Shown here piece by piece: positions 18,501-27,717 of a stretch of 64,000 nt of DNA; position 1 is the stretch's first letter; each line of letters starts with the position of its first letter. The stretch spans positions 185,590 to 249,589 of the forward strand of contig CAVRKY010000004.1 in assembly GCA_963722335.1 (NCBI GenBank), in the 5' to 3' direction. The translations under genes were made by a program, and so were the position numbers. The notes under the pieces are model-generated. The model was given only the letters and a program-made list of their open reading frames with translations. It was not told the DNA's origin and made no database searches. Source of the stretch: an uncultured Holophagaceae bacterium. Lineage in GTDB: Bacteria > Acidobacteriota > Holophagae > Holophagales > Holophagaceae.

Positions 18501-19281
18501 GCTGCCGGTCCAGGAGCTCCATGCACAGGGAGCTCAGGTCCGTGGGGGCCTGGGGCGCCAGCAGGTCCGGAGGCGCCGGGCTCATGCGCATCTTGTCGAT
18601 GAGCGCGGCGAGGGTGTCGTCGGGGAAGGGCAGGGTCCCGGTCAACACCTGGTAGAGGATCGCCCCGAAGCTGTACCAGTCCGCCGCCTCGGTGGGGGCA
18701 TGGCCGCCGATGCGCTCCGGGGCCAGGTAGGCATGGCTCTCGGGGGCCCGGCCATCCTGGGTCCGGCCATCGCCCGCGCCGCCCGGGCGGAATCCAGGGG
18801 GACGCAGGCCGGGCGGGTCGGTGAAGCCGTAGTCCAGCAGCACCACCCGCCCGGACGGGTCCACCCGCGCATGGCTGGGCTTCAGGTCCCGGTGCAGCGT
18901 CCCGGCCTGGTGCAGGGCCCACAGGCCCTGGGCCAGCTGGCGTGCCAGCGCCCTCACCCGCTGGAAGTCCTGGCAGGGCTGCCAGCTTGGCGCGAGCTCC
19001 TCCAGGATGGTGGCTCCCTCCACCAGCTCCATGGTGTAGAACCAACCGGACTCGTGGGTCATCACCTCGTACAGGCCAGCCAGGTTGGGGTGGGAGAGCT
19101 CCGCCAGGGTCCGGAACTCCTCCCGGAACCGGGCCAGGTCCCGGTTCTCCGCATCATGGGGCACCTTCAAGGCCACCGGGATCTGGCGCTCGTGGTCGAA
19201 GGCCTCGAAGACCACACCGCTGCTTCCCGACCCAAGGCGGCGTCGGATGGCGAACCGGTCGGTGCCCGTGAAGGGGTTCAC
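15577..19281 (-). CDS. Ser/Thr kinase domain + AAA ATPase + helical-repeat multidomain protein
   Basis: GSGSSGVV, VALK, HRDLKPSH, DYG, YLAPE; Walker A GPAGMGKS; Walker B LILEDLQW; long TPR-like C-terminus. Confidence 0.88.
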   Translation of the reverse strand: MNPFTGTDRFAIRRRLGSGSSGVVFEAFDHERQIPVALKVPHDAENRDLARFREEFRTLAELSHPNLAGLYEVMTHESGWFYTMELVEGATILEELAPSWQPCQDFQRVRALARQLAQGLWALHQAGTLHRDLKPSHARVDPSGRVVLLDYGFTDPPGLRPPGFRPGGAGDGRTQDGRAPESHAYLAPERIGGHAPTEAADWYSFGAILYQVLTGTLPFPDDTLAALIDKMRMSPAPPDLLAPQAPTDLSSLCMELLDRQRSARPAGARILERLGAAVVPAPPRLPPPRRLRTSSLLIGRKAELGALGRAFETALKGRTAVVFVHGPAGMGKSYLLRRFVRRLGREEPGTVVLAGRCGEEGSAPYQALDNLMENLAEHLDRLPEPKAAILMPRDILCLARLFPVLKPAAARAPQAGLAAPPPDPQELRRRAFAALRELLMRMGTRHPLALILEDLQWGDPDSAALLSNLLRVPDPPAMLVVLSYRTGEGEAALPFRTFQRRLAEEGTEVTEIPVERIPRAESEALARALLGSGRPGGGGAEAAWVAQEAGGSPFLIGELSRSLRSGIGGLQGPGERTLDAYLQHRVAALPEASRAALETLALAGHPVEWEVLRRASGVASREAEVLTPLRAAHLIRSQGAPRLLLEPHHDRIRQALLGGITESRARAIHLALAEAMEQLPRPDVRTLSLHYAAAGLRERAGQCALQAARQAVAALAFGRAAELFGEVLRLKELKGREYLEVLLEWGDALAGAGLGHQAAQVYLKALPLSQPSDSLRLQRRASEEYFRSGHFDHGKEALAAVLEPMGMKLALPSWRARLMRLGTRLRLRLRGHGFQPRTENQIPQADLDRIDVCWAAAMGLSPVDPARGGAFQARHLLLALRAGEPFRIVRALAQETIHQANRGNRGARAAQRCQDLALDLAQRVGHPNPRGRALVAAGTAALMQGRWKPAVELLEEAETLLKDHCAGLDFELHLAQFHALLARQKLGSLRDLEIRLSAQLQAAQDKGDLLALTNLRTGVSPQVHLAHDDPERALREAQQAIGEWSTSGFHTQHYHALVAQVEALLYAGRPESARTLLAAHWQRLRRSRMLQVQSVRITCLELRARATLALVLGGVPDSRGRRSLVRAADRDILRLERERSPHGTALALRLRALLALAEGRPDQAGALLYQSELAFQACDMMLHAMVVRHRRGRMEGPTGLEQLEGAERWMRAQGIANPGRFVAMHVPGNAPVVY

Positions 19282-19290
19282 ATGCGTCGC

Positions 19291-20217
19291 TCAGGCTATG
19301 GCAATGCCGTCCTTGGCGCTGATTTCGAAGGCATTGAAGCTCGACCGCACCAGGGGGCCCGCGTACACGGTGCGGAAGCCCAGCGCCTTGGCTTTCCGCC
19401 CCAGCTCGGCGAACTCGTCCGGGTGCACGTAGCGCCGCACCGGCACCTGGTGCCGGGTGGGGCGCAGGTACTGGCCAAGCGTGAGGATGTCCACGCCGGC
19501 CTGGACCAGCGCCTCCAGGACGTCCATCAGCTCGGCTTCGGTCTCCCCCAGGCCCAGCATGAGCCCGGACTTGGTGCGGAACGCGTCCCCGAACAGGGAG
19601 GCGCCCACCCGCTTGGCCTCGGCCAGCACCGCCAGGGTGCGTGGGAACCGGGCCGCGGGGCGCACCGCGGGGTACAGGCTGGGCACGGTCTCGGTGTTGT
19701 GGTTGAACACCGCCGGGCCCGCCGCCACCACCTGGGCCACCGCTTCCAGGTCGCCCATGAAATCCGGGGTCAGCACCTCCACCCCCACCCCCGGGTTCAT
19801 CCGGCGGATGGCCCGGATGGTCCTGGCGAAGTGCCCGGCGCCGCCGTCAGGCAGGTCGTCCCGGTTCACCGAGGTGAGCACGGCGAAGCGCAGTTGCAGG
19901 GCCGCCACCCGCCGGGCGGTCTCCTCGGGCTCCAGGGGGTTCAGGGGCAGCGGGCGGCCGCTCCGGATGGAGCAGAAGCCGCAGGCCCGGGTGCAGGTGT
20001 CGCCCATGAGCAGGAAGGTGGCGGTGCCGTGGTTGAAGCAGTGGGCCCGGTTGGGGCACCGGGCCTCCTCGCAGACCGTATGCAGGTCCGACCGGCGCAG
20101 TCCCGCCTTCATCCCGTGCAGGTCCCCCAGGCGCACCCGTTCCCGGGTGATCCACTCCGGCAGGCGCGGATGACCCTCCAGCACCTCCCGGCCCGCGCGT
20201 CTGGCGAATCGTGGCAT
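19291..20217 (-). CDS. lipA: Lipoyl synthase
   Basis: CEEARCPNRAHC and CTRACGFC cluster motifs; VRSS near the C-terminus. Start codon uncertain. Confidence 0.93.
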   Translation of the reverse strand: MPRFARRAGREVLEGHPRLPEWITRERVRLGDLHGMKAGLRRSDLHTVCEEARCPNRAHCFNHGTATFLLMGDTCTRACGFCSIRSGRPLPLNPLEPEETARRVAALQLRFAVLTSVNRDDLPDGGAGHFARTIRAIRRMNPGVGVEVLTPDFMGDLEAVAQVVAAGPAVFNHNTETVPSLYPAVRPAARFPRTLAVLAEAKRVGASLFGDAFRTKSGLMLGLGETEAELMDVLEALVQAGVDILTLGQYLRPTRHQVPVRRYVHPDEFAELGRKAKALGFRTVYAGPLVRSSFNAFEISAKDGIAIA

Positions 20218-20254
20218 CACCCCTCTCCCGGCATGCCCCAAGAATACCCTGAAC

Positions 20255-21031
20255 TCAGGCGCGCCCCACCACCCCCGCCACCGGACTGGAGGCGCTGGCG
20301 TACAGCCTCCGGGGCATGCGCCCGGCCTCGAAGGCCAGGCGCCCGGCCTGGACCGCCAGGTTCATGGCCCGGGCCATCCTGGCCGGGTCCTGGGCTTCGG
20401 CCACGGCCGTGTTGAGCAGCACCGCGTCGGCGCCCAGTTCCATGGCCACGGCCGCGTCCGAGGCGGTGCCCACCCCCGCGTCCACGATCAGGGGCAGGCC
20501 GTGGGCTGACACCACGTCCCGGAGGATCTGGAGCACATAGGGGTTCTGCACCCCCAGGCCGGAACCGATGGCGCTGGCCAGGGGCATGACGGCGGCGCAC
20601 CCGGCCTGGCACAGCTTCCTGGCCAGGATCGGGTCGGCGTTGACGTACGGCAGCACCACGAAGCCTTCCCGGACCAGCACTTCGGCCGCCCGCAAGGTCT
20701 CCTCCCCGTCGGGGTACAGGCTCACCGGGTCGCCGATCACTTCCAGCTTCACCCATTCGGTGCCCAGGGCCTCCCGGGCCAGGCGGGCCACCCGCAGGGC
20801 CTCCTCCCCGGTGCCGCATCCGGCCGTGTTGGGCAGCAGGGCCATGCCCCGCGGGATCCAGTGGAGGATGTTGCCGTCGCCCTTGGCGCCCAGGTCGAAG
20901 CGCCGCACCGCCAGGGTGACCATGTCCACCCTGGCCGCTTCGTAGCATGCCTTCATGGTGGCGAAATCCTTGTACTTGCCCGTTCCGAGGATGAGCCGGT
21001 TGCGGAAGGTCCTGCCTGCGATGGTGAGCAT
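20255..21031 (-). CDS. thiG: Thiazole synthase
   Basis: [33 protein letters not shown]. Confidence 0.95.
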   Translation of the reverse strand: MLTIAGRTFRNRLILGTGKYKDFATMKACYEAARVDMVTLAVRRFDLGAKGDGNILHWIPRGMALLPNTAGCGTGEEALRVARLAREALGTEWVKLEVIGDPVSLYPDGEETLRAAEVLVREGFVVLPYVNADPILARKLCQAGCAAVMPLASAIGSGLGVQNPYVLQILRDVVSAHGLPLIVDAGVGTASDAAVAMELGADAVLLNTAVAEAQDPARMARAMNLAVQAGRLAFEAGRMPRRLYASASSPVAGVVGRA

Positions 21032-21135
21032 GGTGCGGTCTCCGAAAAATCCGTGGCCCAGTCTACGGCACCGGAGGCATCCTTAGGTCCTGGGAGCCTG
21101 TCCAGGCATCTTCCGGCCCCCGGAGGCGAGGACCT

Positions 21136-21570
21136 ATGCGCAGCCATCGAGAAACCCTGGTCATGCACCTGCCCGGGCGGACGGGATTCGTGAACATCAC
21201 CCCGGAGGTGGAAGAGGTGGTGGAAGCCAGCGGCATCCAGGACGGCCTGTGCCTGGTGAACGCCATGCACATCACCGCCTCGGTCTTCATCAACGACGAC
21301 GAGCCGGGGCTGCACCAGGACTATGCCCGGTGGCTGGAGCGGCTGGCCCCTTTCAACGCGGGCAGCGACCCTGCCAAGGGCGGATACCTGCACAACCGGA
21401 CCGGCGAGGACAATGGCGACGCCCACCACAAGCGCCAGGTCATGGGGCGCGAAGTGACGGTGGCCATCACCGGGGGGAAACTGGATTTCGGCCCCTGGGA
21501 GCAGATCTTCTACGGGGAGTTCGACGGGCGCCGGGACAAGCGGGTCCTGATCAAGATCATCGGTGAATAG
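21136..21570 (+). CDS. yjbQ: YjbQ/UPF0047 secondary thiamine-phosphate synthase family protein
   Basis: [27 protein letters not shown]. Confidence 0.88.
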   Translation: MRSHRETLVMHLPGRTGFVNITPEVEEVVEASGIQDGLCLVNAMHITASVFINDDEPGLHQDYARWLERLAPFNAGSDPAKGGYLHNRTGEDNGDAHHKRQVMGREVTVAITGGKLDFGPWEQIFYGEFDGRRDKRVLIKIIGE

Positions 21571-21697
21571 GCCGATCCCGGCCTGGAGAGTGGGCCCCCG
21601 GAACCCATACTTGCCCTGGGCAGACACCGTTTCCCGTATCTATGGCAGTTTCTCACCCGGCCCTGAAGCGGAATGCGCCCGCCCAAGGAGGTGGAAG

Positions 21698-22375
21698 ATG
21701 TCAGTGGTGACGATTTCCAGGGAGTTCGGAAGCCTGGGCAGCCTGGTGGCCGAAGACGCCGCCCGTACGCTCGGGTACCACCTTGCGGACAAGACCACCA
21801 TCGAAACCGTCCTCAAGGATTACGGACTGGTCCAGTTCACCAGGGAATACGATTCCATCCCCGGGTTCTGGGAACGTTTCGACGCCCAGAAGCGGGAGGA
21901 GCGGCAGCATCACATCAACATGCTCAACAAGTGCATCTCCGCCTTGGCCCGCTGCGGCAACGTGGTGATCGTGGGGCGGGGCGGGTTCGCGGTCCTGGCA
22001 GGCCTGAGCGACGTCCTGCACGTGCGGATCCAGGCGCCCATCCCGGTGCGGATCCGGCGCCTTCTGGAGGTGCCCGGCATCGGCGACCCCGGCCTGGCCG
22101 AGCAGGCGGTGACGAAGAACGACAACCTGCAGCAAAAATTCATCAAAATGGTCTACGGCCAGGACTGGGACACGGCCAAGGCCTTCGACCTGGTCATCGA
22201 CACCGGCAAGATTCCCCCGGGCCTGGCCGCGGAAATGGTCGTCCAGGCCACCCGGGAATTGAAGGTGAGGGGAACGGGCGGTGAGCGCATCCTCGCCGAT
22301 CTGCCCCTGGACCCGGACCTGTCCGAAGCGGTGGAGAGGGTCATGAACGCCGGGGCAATCCCGGCTGGACGTTGA
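21698..22375 (+). CDS. Cytidylate kinase-like family protein
   Basis: VTISREFGSLG, VVIVGRG, FDLVIDT; AAGGAGG RBS. Confidence 0.85.
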   Translation: MSVVTISREFGSLGSLVAEDAARTLGYHLADKTTIETVLKDYGLVQFTREYDSIPGFWERFDAQKREERQHHINMLNKCISALARCGNVVIVGRGGFAVLAGLSDVLHVRIQAPIPVRIRRLLEVPGIGDPGLAEQAVTKNDNLQQKFIKMVYGQDWDTAKAFDLVIDTGKIPPGLAAEMVVQATRELKVRGTGGERILADLPLDPDLSEAVERVMNAGAIPAGR

Positions 22376-22531
22376 GACTTTTTCTCGATATCCTGGGGGC
22401 TATTGGAGGGTGGCGCGAGCCGGTCTGCGCCATCGCTCGCTGAGAGTTCTCAGTTCCTGCATCCCATATGCCCCGACCGGGGCCCGCGACGGCTGGAAGG
22501 CCCTGCGGGCGGGCCTCTTAACGGAGCAATC

Positions 22532-23743
22532 ATGTCTTTTTCGTCCCTGGGCCTCCTGCCTGAGCTGCTGCATGCCGTACGCGACCGCGGCTACGAGACC
22601 CCCACCCCCGTCCAGACCCGGGCGATCCCCCAGATCCTGGAACGGCGCGACCTGCTGGCCGGGGCCCAGACCGGCACCGGCAAGACCGCCGGGTTCGTGC
22701 TGCCCATCCTGCAGCTGCTGGCCCCCCAGGCCAGCACCAGCGCCTCCCCGGCGCGCCACCCCCTGCGCTGCCTGATCCTCACCCCCACCCGGGAGCTGGC
22801 CATGCAGGTGGAGGAGAGCGTGCGCCTCTACGGCAAGCACCTGCCCCTGCGTTCCACCACGGTGTTCGGCGGCGTCAACATCAATCCCCAGATCAAGGCC
22901 TTGCGGGCCGGAGTGGAGATCCTGGTGGCCACTCCCGGACGGTTCCTCGACCTGCACCAGCAGGGCCACCTGAACCTGGGCCAGGTCGAGTTCCTGGTCC
23001 TGGACGAGGCGGACCGGATGCTGGACATGGGCTTCATCCGGGACATCCGCAGGATCCTGGCCCTGCTTCCGGTCCGCCGCCAGAACATGCTGTTTTCCGC
23101 CACCTTCAGCGACGAGATCCGCCAGCTGGCCGGCGGCCTGCTCCACGATCCGGTCTCGGTGGACGTGGCGCCGCGCAACTCGGCCACCGAACTGGTGCAG
23201 CACCGGGTCCACCCGGTGGACCGGGAGCGCAAGCGGGCCCTGCTCTCCCACCTGATCCGCACCCAGCACCTGGAGCAGGTGCTGGTGTTCACCCGCACCA
23301 AGCACGGCGCCAACCGGCTGTCCCAGCAGCTGGAGCTCGACGGCATCAGCGCCTCGGCCATCCACGGCAACAAGAGCCAGCCCCAGCGCATCAAGGCCCT
23401 GGCGGACTTCAAGGAAGGGCGGGTCCAGGTGCTGGTGGCCACCGACATCGCCTCCCGGGGCCTGGACATCAGCCAGCTCCCCCACGTGGTCAACTACGAG
23501 CTGCCCCAGGTGGCCGAGGATTACGTGCACCGCATCGGCCGCACCGGGCGGGCCGGGACCGAAGGCGTGGCCCTGAGCCTGGTGTGCGTGGACGAGGCCG
23601 GACTGCTGCGGGACATCGAGCGCCTGCTGAAGCGCACCCTGCCCACCCAGGTGATCCCGGGCTTCGCCCCCGACCCCACCCTCAAACCCGAACCCCTCAC
23701 CCCAACCCGCCGGCGCAGTCCCGGGAGACGGATGGCCAGCTAG
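22532..23743 (+). CDS. rhlE: DEAD-box RNA helicase (RhlE-like)
   Basis: [29 protein letters not shown]. Confidence 0.88.
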   Translation: MSFSSLGLLPELLHAVRDRGYETPTPVQTRAIPQILERRDLLAGAQTGTGKTAGFVLPILQLLAPQASTSASPARHPLRCLILTPTRELAMQVEESVRLYGKHLPLRSTTVFGGVNINPQIKALRAGVEILVATPGRFLDLHQQGHLNLGQVEFLVLDEADRMLDMGFIRDIRRILALLPVRRQNMLFSATFSDEIRQLAGGLLHDPVSVDVAPRNSATELVQHRVHPVDRERKRALLSHLIRTQHLEQVLVFTRTKHGANRLSQQLELDGISASAIHGNKSQPQRIKALADFKEGRVQVLVATDIASRGLDISQLPHVVNYELPQVAEDYVHRIGRTGRAGTEGVALSLVCVDEAGLLRDIERLLKRTLPTQVIPGFAPDPTLKPEPLTPTRRRSPGRRMAS

Positions 23744-23760
23744 CCGGCGTGGCCACACTC

Positions 23761-24411
23761 CTAGCACATGCGCACGTCCAGGATTTCGGTCACCTGGGGG
23801 TTGAGGGCTGCCACCAGGGTGTCCTGGGGCACGTCCTGGACCTTGAGGGTCACCTCCCAGCGGGCGCCCTTCGCGTCGCTCACTTCGTGGAAGCCCAGGC
23901 CGACGATGTCTCCGCCCACCTGGGCCACCGCCGCGGTGATCCGGGCGACGGTGCCCCGCTTGTCCTCGGTGGTGGCCCAGATGCGCACGCCCTTGCGGCG
24001 CCCGCCCAGAAGCTCCATGAAGGCGCGGAAGATGTCGCCCTGGTTGACCAGGCCCACCAGGGCCTTGCCGCGCATCACCGGCAGGGCGCCGATGTTCCGG
24101 TCGGCCATGATCCGGGCCGCCTCCTCCACCGGGGTCTCCTCGATGACCGTGGCCACGTCCTTCACCATCAACATGTCCACCGTGATCTTGGCGAGCAGGG
24201 TGGGGATCTCCCAGAAGGACAGCAGGGTGGCCGAGGAGGGCGTGGCGTTGTGCAGGTCCGTCTCGGAAATGATCCCCACCAGCGCGCCGTGGGCGTCCAC
24301 CACCGGCATGCGGGTCACGTGCTTCTCCTTCATGAGCTTGAGTGCCTCCGGCAGGGTGGTGTGGGGAGTCACGACCGCGGGTTTGGGGATCATCAGCTCA
24401 CGGATCAGCAT
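23761..24411 (-). CDS. CBS-pair + ACT-like protein (AcuB-like)
   Basis: Two CBS domains (PVVD..G.LVGIISETD; LPVM...LVGLV) followed by DKRGTVARI (ACT-like). Confidence 0.82.
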   Translation of the reverse strand: MLIRELMIPKPAVVTPHTTLPEALKLMKEKHVTRMPVVDAHGALVGIISETDLHNATPSSATLLSFWEIPTLLAKITVDMLMVKDVATVIEETPVEEAARIMADRNIGALPVMRGKALVGLVNQGDIFRAFMELLGGRRKGVRIWATTEDKRGTVARITAAVAQVGGDIVGLGFHEVSDAKGARWEVTLKVQDVPQDTLVAALNPQVTEILDVRMC

Positions 24412-24457
24412 CGGGGCCTCCTGAAGGATGGGGTGGGGGCCACTATAACAAGATGTT

Positions 24458-24481
24458 GAAAAAATCTAGATAGATTTTTTC
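24458..24481. promoter_or_regulatory. Perfect 11-bp inverted-repeat operator
   Basis: GAAAAAATCTA-GA-TAGATTTTTTC in the divergent intergenic region. Confidence 0.6.
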
Positions 24482-24621
24482 CATGAATGATGTCGTAACC
24501 ATGCGGGTCTTGGGCCACTTCCAGAAAAGCAGCCTAGCTGGCGAACGCCCCCTCGCTTCCGCCGGGCCCTTGGCCTATGATCCGGAATCGCGAGAAGGAG
24601 TTGCCTTCCTGAGGTGCCACC

Positions 24622-25642
24622 ATGCCCGCTGACGTGAACACCCGCATCGTCCTGGCCCGTCGCCCGGACGGCTTTCCGTCCCTGGAGGATTTCCGCCTGG
24701 AAGCGGTCCCCGTCACGGATCCAGGGGCAGGGGAGGTGCAGCTGGAAACCCTGTACTTGTCCCTGGACCCGTACATGCGCGGGCGCATGAGCCCGGAGCC
24801 CTCGGTACGCGCCGCCCGTGGCCCTGGGGGAAGTGATGGTGGGCGGGACCGTGAGCCGGGTGGCGGCCTCCAGGCACCCGGGGCTGGACCCGGGGGACCT
24901 GGTGCTGGGGTCCACCGGGTGGCAGAGCCGCCCCACCGTCCCGGGCGCCGGCCTGAAACGGCTGGATCCGGGCCTGCCGCACCCGTCCCTGGCCCTGGGG
25001 GTGCTGGGCATGCCCGGATGCACCGCCTACGCGGGCTTGATGGGCATCGGCCAGCCCAAGGCGGGGGAGACGGTGGTGGTGGCCGCCGCCACCGGCGCGG
25101 TGGGTTCGGTGGTGGGCCAGATCGCCCGCATCAAGGGGTGCCGGGCGGTGGGCATCGCCGGGGGGCCGGAGAAATGCCGCTTCGCGGTGCAGGAACTGGG
25201 CTTCGACGCCTGCGTGGACCACCGGGACCCGGACCTGGCCGCCAGCCTCGCCGCCGCCTGCCCCAGGGGCATCGACGTGTACTACGAGAACGTGGGCGGC
25301 AAGGTCTTCCAGGCCGTGCTGCCCCTGCTCAACACCCTGGCGCGGGTGCCGGTGTGCGGCCTGATCGCCCAGTACAACGCCACCACGCTGCCCAAGGGAC
25401 CGGACCGCACCCCCCTGCTTCTGCGTACGCTGCTGGTGAAGCGGGTGCGCATGCAGGGGTTCATCATCGGGCTGGACTTCCCGGACTGGGCCGGGGAGTT
25501 CCAGAAGACCATGCGGGAATGGGTGCAGACCGGCCGGGTCAAGGCCCGGGAAGACCTGGTGGACGGCCTGGAGAACGCGCCGGCGGCGTTCCTGGGGCTG
25601 TTGCAGGGGCGCAACTTCGGCAAGCTGGTGGTGCGAGTATAG
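24622..25642 (+). CDS. NADP-dependent oxidoreductase (CurA/YncB, MDR family; +1 frameshift near 24804)
   Basis: YLSLDPYMRGRM, LGVLGMPG.TAY.GL, AATGAVGS, GRNFGK. Deleting one G gives SYAPPVALGEVM. Confidence 0.85.
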
Positions 25643-25690
25643 ATCGTCCGTTCCCTGGGCTTGCCGCTATCATCCTGGGTGACTTCACGG

Positions 25691-26518
25691 ATGGGAGGGC
25701 CGGCCTTGCAGGGATGGCGAGGGCTGTTCGGTTCGGCGGCGCTGGCGCTGGCGCTGGCGGCCCAGGCGCCGCCACCTCGGCTGGAGCAGGGGAGCGATGC
25801 CCCCGTCACCGCATCCGTTCCGGACGATCCTGAGCTGGCACGGGTGATCGCGCCCCTGGCGGCGGAGATCCAGGCCTCGTACGGCCGGGTGATCGCCCAG
25901 GCCCCGGACGGGATGGCCCGGTTTCACGGCCCAGGGGAGTTCCCCCTGGGCTTCCTGCTGGCCGATGTGATGCGGGCGGGGGCCGCGGCGGCGGTGGGGG
26001 GCGAGGTGCGGCTGGGCTTGACCAACTCCGGCGGGATCCGGCGGAACCTGCCGGCCGGCCCGGTGCACGTCGGCGACCTGTACGAAGTGGTGCCGTTCGA
26101 CGATGAACTGGTGGTGGCCGAGTACACCGGGGCCCAGGTGCTCGCCATCGTGCGCGAAGCCATCCGGCGCAAGGGCGGGGAGCCGGTGTCCGGCGTGCGG
26201 GTCGCGGCCGCGGGTCCGCTGAATCGGCCCCAGGTCACCGTCTCCTGGTCGGACGGGACGGCGATCGATCCCGCCGCCAGCTACCGGGTCGCCACCACCG
26301 ACTACCTCCTGGCCAACGGGGACGCCACCCCGACCCTGAAGCGCGGCCGCAACGTGGTGCTCACCAGCCTGCCGGTGCGCCAGCTGCTGATCGACTGGTG
26401 CGCAACCCGGGGCCGGGAAGGGCATCTCATCGAGGCTCCCGAAGGCGGGCGCTACCAGTTCTCGCCGGAGCTGGCCGCGGCCATCCGGGCCCGGATGCAC
26501 CGGTACCTAGGAGCCTGA
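25691..26518 (+). CDS. 5'-nucleotidase C-terminal (substrate-binding) domain protein, secreted
   Basis: Signal peptide; NSGGIR, YEVVPFDD, YRVATTDYL. Confidence 0.85.
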   Translation: MGGPALQGWRGLFGSAALALALAAQAPPPRLEQGSDAPVTASVPDDPELARVIAPLAAEIQASYGRVIAQAPDGMARFHGPGEFPLGFLLADVMRAGAAAAVGGEVRLGLTNSGGIRRNLPAGPVHVGDLYEVVPFDDELVVAEYTGAQVLAIVREAIRRKGGEPVSGVRVAAAGPLNRPQVTVSWSDGTAIDPAASYRVATTDYLLANGDATPTLKRGRNVVLTSLPVRQLLIDWCATRGREGHLIEAPEGGRYQFSPELAAAIRARMHRYLGA

Positions 26519-26784
26519 CCATGTATTATTCGGCCCCGCGTCGACGTCCAGACCCGTGCATATCGTGCGCAAGGCCCGCAGGAGGTAGTGGTGCTACCTT
26601 CAAGGGCCTTGCACACGAGAGGCGCGGGTCTGGGCGCCGACCCTCCGGGCTGGTGGCAGCGGGCCCAGCCATGCTGCGTCACGCTCCTCGGAGGTATAAC
26701 CTATACCCCCTTCGTCGCCTTCCTTGCCTGGCTAGGCCCGGTGCCACCAGCGCGGGGCCGAATAATACATGGTCAGGCTCCTAG
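26507..26784. mobile_element. MITE: 270-bp element with perfect 30-bp terminal inverted repeats, flanked by CTAG
   Basis: CTAG-GAGCCTGACCATGTATTATTCGGCCCCGCG (26507-26540) is the exact reverse complement of 26751-26784. Two internal long hairpins; no transposase. Confidence 0.82.
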
Positions 26785-26786
26785 CC

Positions 26787-27689
26787 ATGGAACGGCGCGC
26801 CTTCCTCCAGGGCCTGGGCACCGCGCTGGCGGCGTCGTGGTTCCCGCTGCGGGCGCAATCCGCGGAACCGGGCCGGATCACCCTGCTCCACACCAATGAC
26901 ACCCATTCCCGGATCGAGCCGTTCGGGCCGGGCAGCGGCAACCTGGCCGGCCGGGGCGGCATCGCCCGCCGGGCCACCCTGGTGAAGCGGATCCGCCAGG
27001 CCATCCCCAACGTCCTGCTGCTGGATGCCGGGGACGTGTTCCAGGGCACCCCGTACTTCAACCAGTTCAAGGGGTTCGTGGATTTCAAGCTGATGTCCCT
27101 GTGCGGCTACGATGCCGGCACCCTGGGCAACCACGATTTCGACCTGGGCGTAGACGGGTTGGTGGCGGCCATGGGCGAAGGCCGGTTCCCGATCCTGAAC
27201 TGCAACCTCGACACCCGCCGCGCCCCGCTTCTGGGCACCCGGCTGCGCCCGTGGCTGGTCAAGGGGTTCCCCGGGGTCAAGGTCGGCCTGACGGGGGTCT
27301 GCGTGGATTTCCGGGGGCTGGTGGCCCGGGAGAATCACGCCGGGGTGGACTGGCGCGATCCGGTCGCCGAGCTGCGGCCGGTCGTCCGGCACCTGCGCGA
27401 AGCGGAACGGGTGGACCTGGTGGTGCTGCTCTCGCACCTGGGCTACGACCGCCAGGGCGAGGCCATCGACGACCTGAACCTGGCCAGGCTGGTGCCCGGG
27501 ATCGACGTCATCATCGGCGGCCACACCCACACCTTCATGGATGCGCCCCGGAAGGTGCCCAACGCCGATGGGGAAACCGAGATCTTCCAGGTGGGGTTCG
27601 CCGGGGTGAACCTGGGCCGGATGGACTTGACCGTGCGCCAGGGCCTGAAGGTGGCCGCCTCGGGCATGGCGATGCCGGTCCTGGCCTGA
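26787..27689 (+). CDS. 5'-nucleotidase N-terminal metallophosphoesterase domain, Tat-exported
   Basis: MERRAFL Tat signal; HTNDTH, DAGD, GNHDFD, SHLG, GGHTH. Confidence 0.9.
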   Translation: MERRAFLQGLGTALAASWFPLRAQSAEPGRITLLHTNDTHSRIEPFGPGSGNLAGRGGIARRATLVKRIRQAIPNVLLLDAGDVFQGTPYFNQFKGFVDFKLMSLCGYDAGTLGNHDFDLGVDGLVAAMGEGRFPILNCNLDTRRAPLLGTRLRPWLVKGFPGVKVGLTGVCVDFRGLVARENHAGVDWRDPVAELRPVVRHLREAERVDLVVLLSHLGYDRQGEAIDDLNLARLVPGIDVIIGGHTHTFMDAPRKVPNADGETEIFQVGFAGVNLGRMDLTVRQGLKVAASGMAMPVLA

Positions 27690-27717
27690 TCCGGGCCCAT
27701 CGGTCCGGTGAAGGGTC

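Noticed and set aside
21032-21135. TPP riboswitch upstream of thiG
   Set aside because: No CTGAGA or ACCTGA...TAATGC...GCG.AGG core visible.
23740-23764. CTAG...CTAG between rhlE and the CBS gene
   Set aside because: Just two convergent TAG stops 17 bp apart; no terminal repeat or internal motif.
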